DNA from: Longimicrobiales bacterium
GTDB lineage: Bacteria > Gemmatimonadota > Gemmatimonadetes > Longimicrobiales > Gaopeijiaceae
DNA length: 64,000 nucleotides
Direction of reading: 5' to 3'
Assembly (NCBI GenBank): GCA_965248195.1
Contig: CBDFIQ010000002.1
Coordinates: 3,200,001 to 3,264,000, forward strand
A program made the translations under genes and the position numbers. The notes under the pieces are model-generated. The model saw nothing but the letters and a program-made list of their open reading frames with translations, made no database searches and was not told the DNA's origin. Within the stretch, counting starts at the first letter, position 1. Each line of letters opens with the position of its first letter. Shown in pieces: positions 59,111 to 64,000 of this stretch.

Positions 59111-59244
59111 GACTCGGCTCGTGGGATGGTGGCCTCCCGGAGGGTCCCGGGGGAGCCTCGAAAGTGCCGAAACCGGAGAACCGGAGCAAGGCGGTTCGGA
59201 TTCGGAGGGTGGAAACGAAACATGCGCGGGCGTGATACAGTAGT

Positions 59245-59964
59245 ATGACGGACCCTTTCCATCCTTGCGGGAGACGAACGATCTCAACGCCGATCACCGA
59301 ACCCTTCCACGGCCGCACCAACGCCGAGCGGCGCGTCACCGAGCGAGCGCTTTGGCGGAATGGATTTCTCGGAGCCACGATCATCCATCTCCTGGTCTTC
59401 TTTCTGTGGTGGGGCGAGCCGCTGCCAGAGTCTCCATTCGCGGCGGCCGGACCGCGGGCGGGGGATAATCTGGCGGCGTCCGGCGGCATGCAGGCCCTGA
59501 ATATCCGGGTACCTCCGCCGCGGCCCATCATTCGGCCTCAAGTGCCGCTACTTACCTTCGACCCGGTCACTCCGGTCGAGTTGGAAGAGCAGCAGCAGCA
59601 GGTCGAGACTTCATCCATTCTAGGCGACCGTCCAGGTGTTGATGGTCCGGGCTTGCTCCAAGGGGACGGACGCGGTGACGGTGGGAACGCCGAGGAGGGT
59701 CGTTTCCGCGTCGTACCCCCCTCTCCGCGCGGAATTATCTTGCCGCCGTCCAACCGGAATGTCCGAGGACAGCGGATCGAGGTCTGGGTCTTCGTGGACG
59801 AGCGAGGACGGGTCGTAGCGGACTCGACTCAACTTCGTCCGCCCACGTCCGACAGGGATTTCAACGCGCGCATCGTACGGGAGGCGGCGGAGTGGGTGTT
59901 CGAGCCGGCCAAGAGGGGCGGGGAAGCCGTGGGTTCCTGGTTCCCATATACGATCAGTATGTAG
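59245..59964 (+). CDS. TonB-like energy transducer (single TM, Pro-rich linker, TonB_C)
   Basis: TM IIHLLVF; VWVFVDERGRV; WVFEPAKRGG. Confidence 0.7.
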   Translation: MTDPFHPCGRRTISTPITEPFHGRTNAERRVTERALWRNGFLGATIIHLLVFFLWWGEPLPESPFAAAGPRAGDNLAASGGMQALNIRVPPPRPIIRPQVPLLTFDPVTPVELEEQQQQVETSSILGDRPGVDGPGLLQGDGRGDGGNAEEGRFRVVPPSPRGIILPPSNRNVRGQRIEVWVFVDERGRVVADSTQLRPPTSDRDFNARIVREAAEWVFEPAKRGGEAVGSWFPYTISM

Positions 59965-59967
59965 CTT

Positions 59968-61554
59968 TTGGCCATGAAGCCGTCGGGCAAACGAATCCTT
60001 TGGGTCGACGACGAGATCGACCTCCTCAAGCCGCACCTTCTTTTTCTTCAGGCGCGTGGCTATCACGTGGACGCGATCACGAATGGGGACGACTCCCTCG
60101 TCATGATGCGTCAAAACGCCTACGACCTCGTTCTCTTGGACGAACAGATGCCGGGGCGGAGTGGCCTGGAGGTTCTGGAGATCATGCGGCGTGAGGACCC
60201 GCACGTCCGCGTCGTAATGGTGACCAAGTCGGCCGAAGATCAGACCATGACGGATGCGATCGGACGGCGGGTCGCCGACTATCTGGTGAAGCCGACGAGT
60301 CCCCGCCAGGTTCTTTCAGTCGTCACCCGCATTCTGGAGGGGTCGTCGATCCGCCAGCAACGTGCGGCGCAGGATTTCGCGGCTCGCTTCGGGCGGCTCT
60401 CGCATAAGCGCGAAGAGGCTCGCACCTCCGAGGATTTCGCCGAACTCTACATTGAGCTGACGGGATGGCACGTAAGCCTCGAAGAGGCCGGCGAGCGGGG
60501 CCTCCTCGATACAGTACAATCCCTCATGACCGACCTCCGCTTGGACTTTGGCCGGTGGATTGGACTAGAATATCCGCGCTGGTTGAAGGGTGAAGGGGAC
60601 CCGCCGTGCCTCTCTGTTGACGTCGTGCAGGAGCACCTCCTCCCGCTCCTTGGGCCCTCCCCCGTTTTCTTGGTCGTGTTGGACTGCATGCGCTTGGACC
60701 AGTGGCGTGTGATCGCCCCACTCCTGGCTCCTTTCTTCGAGATCGAGGAGTCGCATCACTACTCGATCCTCCCCACGGCAACACCGTATGCGAGGAACGC
60801 GATCTTCAGCGGCCAGTTTCCGGATGAGATCTCGCGGGACCATCCCGGCTGGTGGAATAAATCGGACGACGAGGGCAGCCTCAACGCGTTCGAGGATGAG
60901 CTCCTCGAAAAGCAACTGAAGCGCCTCACCGGAGAGGACGTTCCTGTTCACTACGAGAAGATCTTCACCGACCGGGAGGAAGATCAGGTACGTGGCCGCG
61001 TCCGTTCGGCGCTCAAGACACCCCACTCCGTTGTCGCGATGGTCTTCAACTTCGTCGACCTCATGACGCACGGGCGAAGCGAATCGCCCATTCTGATGGA
61101 GGTGGCCAAGGACGAGGCTGCCCTCCGCGGGCTGACTCGAGCGTGGTTCAAGCGATCGACCGCGTTCTCTGTTCTCAAGGACGCGGCGGCCGCCGGACAT
61201 CAAGTGATCATGACCACAGATCACGGCTCGATCCTTTGCCAGCGCCCAGCGACCGTCTTCGCACGACGGGACGCCACCAGCAACCTCCGGTACAAGTTTG
61301 GCCAGGATCTCAGAGCCGAGAAGGCCGAAACGGCTTTTTCCACCTCTCGCAGCGAGGATCTTCGTTTTCCCGCCGGAAAGCTGGGTGTGACGTACGCGGT
61401 GGCTGTCGACGACTACTTCTTCGTCTATCCCACCAAGTTGAGGGAGTACCAGCGCCGATACCGCAATTCGTTCCTGCACGGGGGCATCTCCCCTGAGGAG
61501 ATGATCGTGCCGATTGCGCGCCTCACGCCACGTTCCCGCGGCTCCGCAGGCTGA
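59968..61554 (+). CDS. PorX-like response regulator (REC + PglZ alkaline-phosphatase-fold domain)
   Basis: ILWVDDEIDLLKPH, LLDEQMPG, YLVKP; VLDCMRLDQW, SILPTATPYARNAIFSG, TTDHG, HGGISPEEM. Confidence 0.88.
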   Translation: MAMKPSGKRILWVDDEIDLLKPHLLFLQARGYHVDAITNGDDSLVMMRQNAYDLVLLDEQMPGRSGLEVLEIMRREDPHVRVVMVTKSAEDQTMTDAIGRRVADYLVKPTSPRQVLSVVTRILEGSSIRQQRAAQDFAARFGRLSHKREEARTSEDFAELYIELTGWHVSLEEAGERGLLDTVQSLMTDLRLDFGRWIGLEYPRWLKGEGDPPCLSVDVVQEHLLPLLGPSPVFLVVLDCMRLDQWRVIAPLLAPFFEIEESHHYSILPTATPYARNAIFSGQFPDEISRDHPGWWNKSDDEGSLNAFEDELLEKQLKRLTGEDVPVHYEKIFTDREEDQVRGRVRSALKTPHSVVAMVFNFVDLMTHGRSESPILMEVAKDEAALRGLTRAWFKRSTAFSVLKDAAAAGHQVIMTTDHGSILCQRPATVFARRDATSNLRYKFGQDLRAEKAETAFSTSRSEDLRFPAGKLGVTYAVAVDDYFFVYPTKLREYQRRYRNSFLHGGISPEEMIVPIARLTPRSRGSAG

Positions 61555-61563
61555 CCGGCCGGC

Positions 61564-63447
61564 GTGAGGCTCTACACTCGGGTCCTCTCGTACCTCCGTC
61601 CCCACCTCACCGCGCTCGCGGCGGCAGGTGGGGCGACGTTCGCCTTCGCCGCCCTCGACGCGTCGGCTTACGTGCTGCTCATCCCCTTTGTGGATGCTCT
61701 CTTCGGTGCCGCACCGACCGGAGGAAGTGGTACGGGTGAGGTAGATCCGATGTCCAGGCTCCTGAATGCTACGGTGTACCGAGTCGTGGATGTCCAGGGC
61801 GACGCCCTCCAGGCGGTCCAGGGAATCATCTTTCTCATCCTGGTCGTGTTTCTCCTCAAGAACGTTTTCGATTTCGCTCGGACCTATCTGGTGGCGTGGG
61901 TGGAGCAGTCCGTCACGAGGGACTTGCGGAACGAGGTCTACGACCACGTGCTAAAGCTCGACCTTTCCTTCTTCGGCCGGACACGGGTGGGACAGATTAC
62001 CTCCCGGCTCACCCACGACGTGGAGCAGATGCGTCGTCTGCTCACGACCGAGTTGGCGAGGCTTCTCTCGTCCGGTTTCGAGTTCGCCGTGGCGGTGGCC
62101 TTCATGCTGCTGCTGTCATGGAAGCTCACGCTCGCGGCCTTCGTGGTGATTCCCGGCACGATGGCGGTCTGGGGGCCATTGGTGAAGCGCCTCCGGCGGG
62201 GCGACCGGCGCGTCTTGGATCTGGCGGGCGACCTGAGCGCTCACATCCAGGAGACTCTGTCCGGAATTCGTGTGGTCAAATCCTCCTCCGCGGAGAACCT
62301 GGAGCGCGGGCGCTTCCGCTCGATCACTGGTGACTATCACAGGACATTCTTGAAGGCGGAGCGGCTACGGGCACTCGCGGGCCCCCTCACCGAGACGCTC
62401 GCGACGGTCGGCACCGTCGTCATCCTGTGGTACGGGGCGCGCCTGGTCGTGTCGGAGGGAGCGTTGAGCGGAGCCCAGTTCGTCGGGTTCGTCGCCCTCA
62501 GTCTCAAGCTCTACGCGCCGGTGAAGTACGGAGCGAAGTTTCCGGCGCTGGTTCAGCCAGGGCTCGCCGGCGCCGAGCGCGTCTTTGAATTCCTGGACAT
62601 TCCGGTGAGGATCAGGGATTGGCCCGGGGCCGCGGTCCTGAGAAATCCTACGGGCGCCATCGGATTCGAAGACGTCGCGTTCGAGTACAGAGCCGGAGAG
62701 CCCGTACTCCAAGACATCACGGTGGAGATTCCCGCCGGAAGCGTCGTCGCCCTGGTCGGACCGAGCGGCGCGGGCAAGACTACGCTCGCCGACCTCGTCG
62801 GGCGGTTCTACGACGTGACGTCCGGTCGGGTGACGGTGGATGAGGTGGATGTACGGGACTGGACGGTTTCGAGTTTGCGCGGAGCGATGGGCATCGTGCC
62901 CCAGGAAACCGTGCTCTTCCACGATACGATCGCCGCCAACATCGCGTATGGGGCCGAGTGCGCGACCGAGGAGGAAGTCCGCCGGGCGGCGCGCACAGCC
63001 AACGCGCACACTTTCATATCTACCTTGCCGGAGGGGTACGATATGGTGGTGGGGGAACGGGGTGCCCGCCTTTCGGGCGGCGAACGCCAGCGCATCGCCA
63101 TTGCGAGAGCGATCCTCTCAGACCGTCCCATCCTCATTCTCGACGAGGCCACTAGCGCCCTCGATACGGAGTCGGAGCGCCTCGTACAGGAGGCCGTCGG
63201 ACGCCTCATGGGCGGGCGCACGGTGCTGGTGATCGCTCACCGCCTGTCGACCGTGCGACGCGCCGATCTCATCCTCGTGCTGAGCGAGGGACGGATCGTA
63301 GAGCGGGGAGACCACGCGTCCCTGTTTGCGGCCGGTGGGCTGTATCGGCGTCTCTACGAGCTTCAGCATTCGAACTCGACCGAGGTCGAGCGCGCGACCG
63401 GCCCTGCGGGCCGCAGACCCGCCCTACGCGAGGCGGCCTCTTCGTGA
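61564..63447 (+). CDS. MsbA-like ABC exporter
   Basis: ABC TM domain; GPSGAGKTT, VPQETVLF, LSGGERQR, LDEATSALD; followed by a lipid A acyltransferase-like gene. Confidence 0.88.
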   Translation: MRLYTRVLSYLRPHLTALAAAGGATFAFAALDASAYVLLIPFVDALFGAAPTGGSGTGEVDPMSRLLNATVYRVVDVQGDALQAVQGIIFLILVVFLLKNVFDFARTYLVAWVEQSVTRDLRNEVYDHVLKLDLSFFGRTRVGQITSRLTHDVEQMRRLLTTELARLLSSGFEFAVAVAFMLLLSWKLTLAAFVVIPGTMAVWGPLVKRLRRGDRRVLDLAGDLSAHIQETLSGIRVVKSSSAENLERGRFRSITGDYHRTFLKAERLRALAGPLTETLATVGTVVILWYGARLVVSEGALSGAQFVGFVALSLKLYAPVKYGAKFPALVQPGLAGAERVFEFLDIPVRIRDWPGAAVLRNPTGAIGFEDVAFEYRAGEPVLQDITVEIPAGSVVALVGPSGAGKTTLADLVGRFYDVTSGRVTVDEVDVRDWTVSSLRGAMGIVPQETVLFHDTIAANIAYGAECATEEEVRRAARTANAHTFISTLPEGYDMVVGERGARLSGGERQRIAIARAILSDRPILILDEATSALDTESERLVQEAVGRLMGGRTVLVIAHRLSTVRRADLILVLSEGRIVERGDHASLFAAGGLYRRLYELQHSNSTEVERATGPAGRRPALREAASS

Positions 63448-64000
63448 GCACGGTCCGGTATCGGATCGAGTTTTGGATCTTTCGAGCGCTTTCCTGGATT
63501 GTGATCGCGCTTCCTGAGCGAGCTGCGCTTGGCTTGTTCAGCCTACTCGGGTGGTTTGTCGGTGTGGTGGTAGGGGTCCGCCGCGTGGACACCCATCAGC
63601 ATCTCCAGATCGCATTTCCTGAACGGGATCCGGCCTGGCGGCGGCGGGTGGCGCGAGGCAGTTACATGCACCTCGCCCGGGAGGGGGCCATGACCATCCG
63701 TCTGTACCGAATGGCGCCGGAGGAGATCGTTCGGCGCACGGAGATCGTGGGTTTCGAAGCTCTGCGAGATGCCGCCACTGGGGGTAACGGCGCCGTCGTG
63801 ATTTCCGGGCATTTGGGCAATTGGGAGGTCGCTGCGGCCGCCGTAGCGGTAAGAGGTGTGCCGATGGACGTGGCGGCCCATCTTCAGAAGAATCCGTTGT
63901 TCTACCACCATATGGTTGAGCTTCGGGATCGTCTCGGCCTCACCGTCATCGTGAAGAACGAGGCGTTTCGTCTGGTTCCGCAGGCGCTCGCTGCGGGCCG
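63444..64000 (+). CDS. LpxL/HtrB-like lipid A acyltransferase (partial, runs off window end)
   Basis: Manual translation from GTG 63444: MSTVRYRIEFWIFR...HLQIAFPE...GAVVISGHLGNWE...QKNP. Confidence 0.85.
   Translation, partial: MSTVRYRIEFWIFRALSWIVIALPERAALGLFSLLGWFVGVVVGVRRVDTHQHLQIAFPERDPAWRRRVARGSYMHLAREGAMTIRLYRMAPEEIVRRTEIVGFEALRDAATGGNGAVVISGHLGNWEVAAAAVAVRGVPMDVAAHLQKNPLFYHHMVELRDRLGLTVIVKNEAFRLVPQALAAG

Noticed and set aside
59968..61554. BREX/Pgl phage defence (PglZ)
   Set aside because: PglZ is fused to a REC domain in PorX style; no brxC, pglX or brxL nearby.
60565..61947. 460-aa antisense ORF and many similar long opposite-strand ORFs
   Set aside because: Typical high-GC shadow ORFs lying over clearly recognisable genes.

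Overview
GC-rich bacterial chromosomal window, most likely from a diderm; gene content and style suggest Gemmatimonadota (Longimicrobiales-like), which is inference only. About 50 CDS; no rRNA, tRNA or CRISPR seen. Main blocks: (1) pilin-like genes and ettA; (2) a Tat-exported two-domain multicopper oxidase plus ZIP transporter operon behind a DtxR/MntR-type palindrome; (3) hemY/hemH, with a ChdC(HemQ)-like gene and heme O synthase far downstream, pointing to coproporphyrin-dependent heme synthesis; (4) a 15.5-kb nine-gene MoxR/DUF58/BatA-vWA/2x DUF4159/TPR-gluzincin/pseudo-caspase operon; (5) an intact IS256 with an 8-bp target duplication just upstream of ferritin; (6) a sigma54 module in which AT-rich enhancer palindromes, IHF-like sites and a -24/-12 promoter precede a ZU5-like lipoprotein, a stand-alone TPR protein, a sensor-less enhancer-binding protein and a TPR-HD-GYP protein with a paralogous TPR domain. 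This module is my best candidate for an undescribed, possibly peptide-sensing, signalling system; (7) housekeeping genes (ppi, infA, HU, a degenerate DeaD-like pseudo-helicase, a canonical DEAD-box helicase, typA, serA, M16 peptidase); (8) a TonB-like/PorX-like REC-PglZ/MsbA/LpxL-like operon. Two genes carry single frameshifts, which may be assembly indels. There are candidate structured RNAs upstream of HU and typA, and an ECF-promoter/terminator-bounded sRNA candidate.
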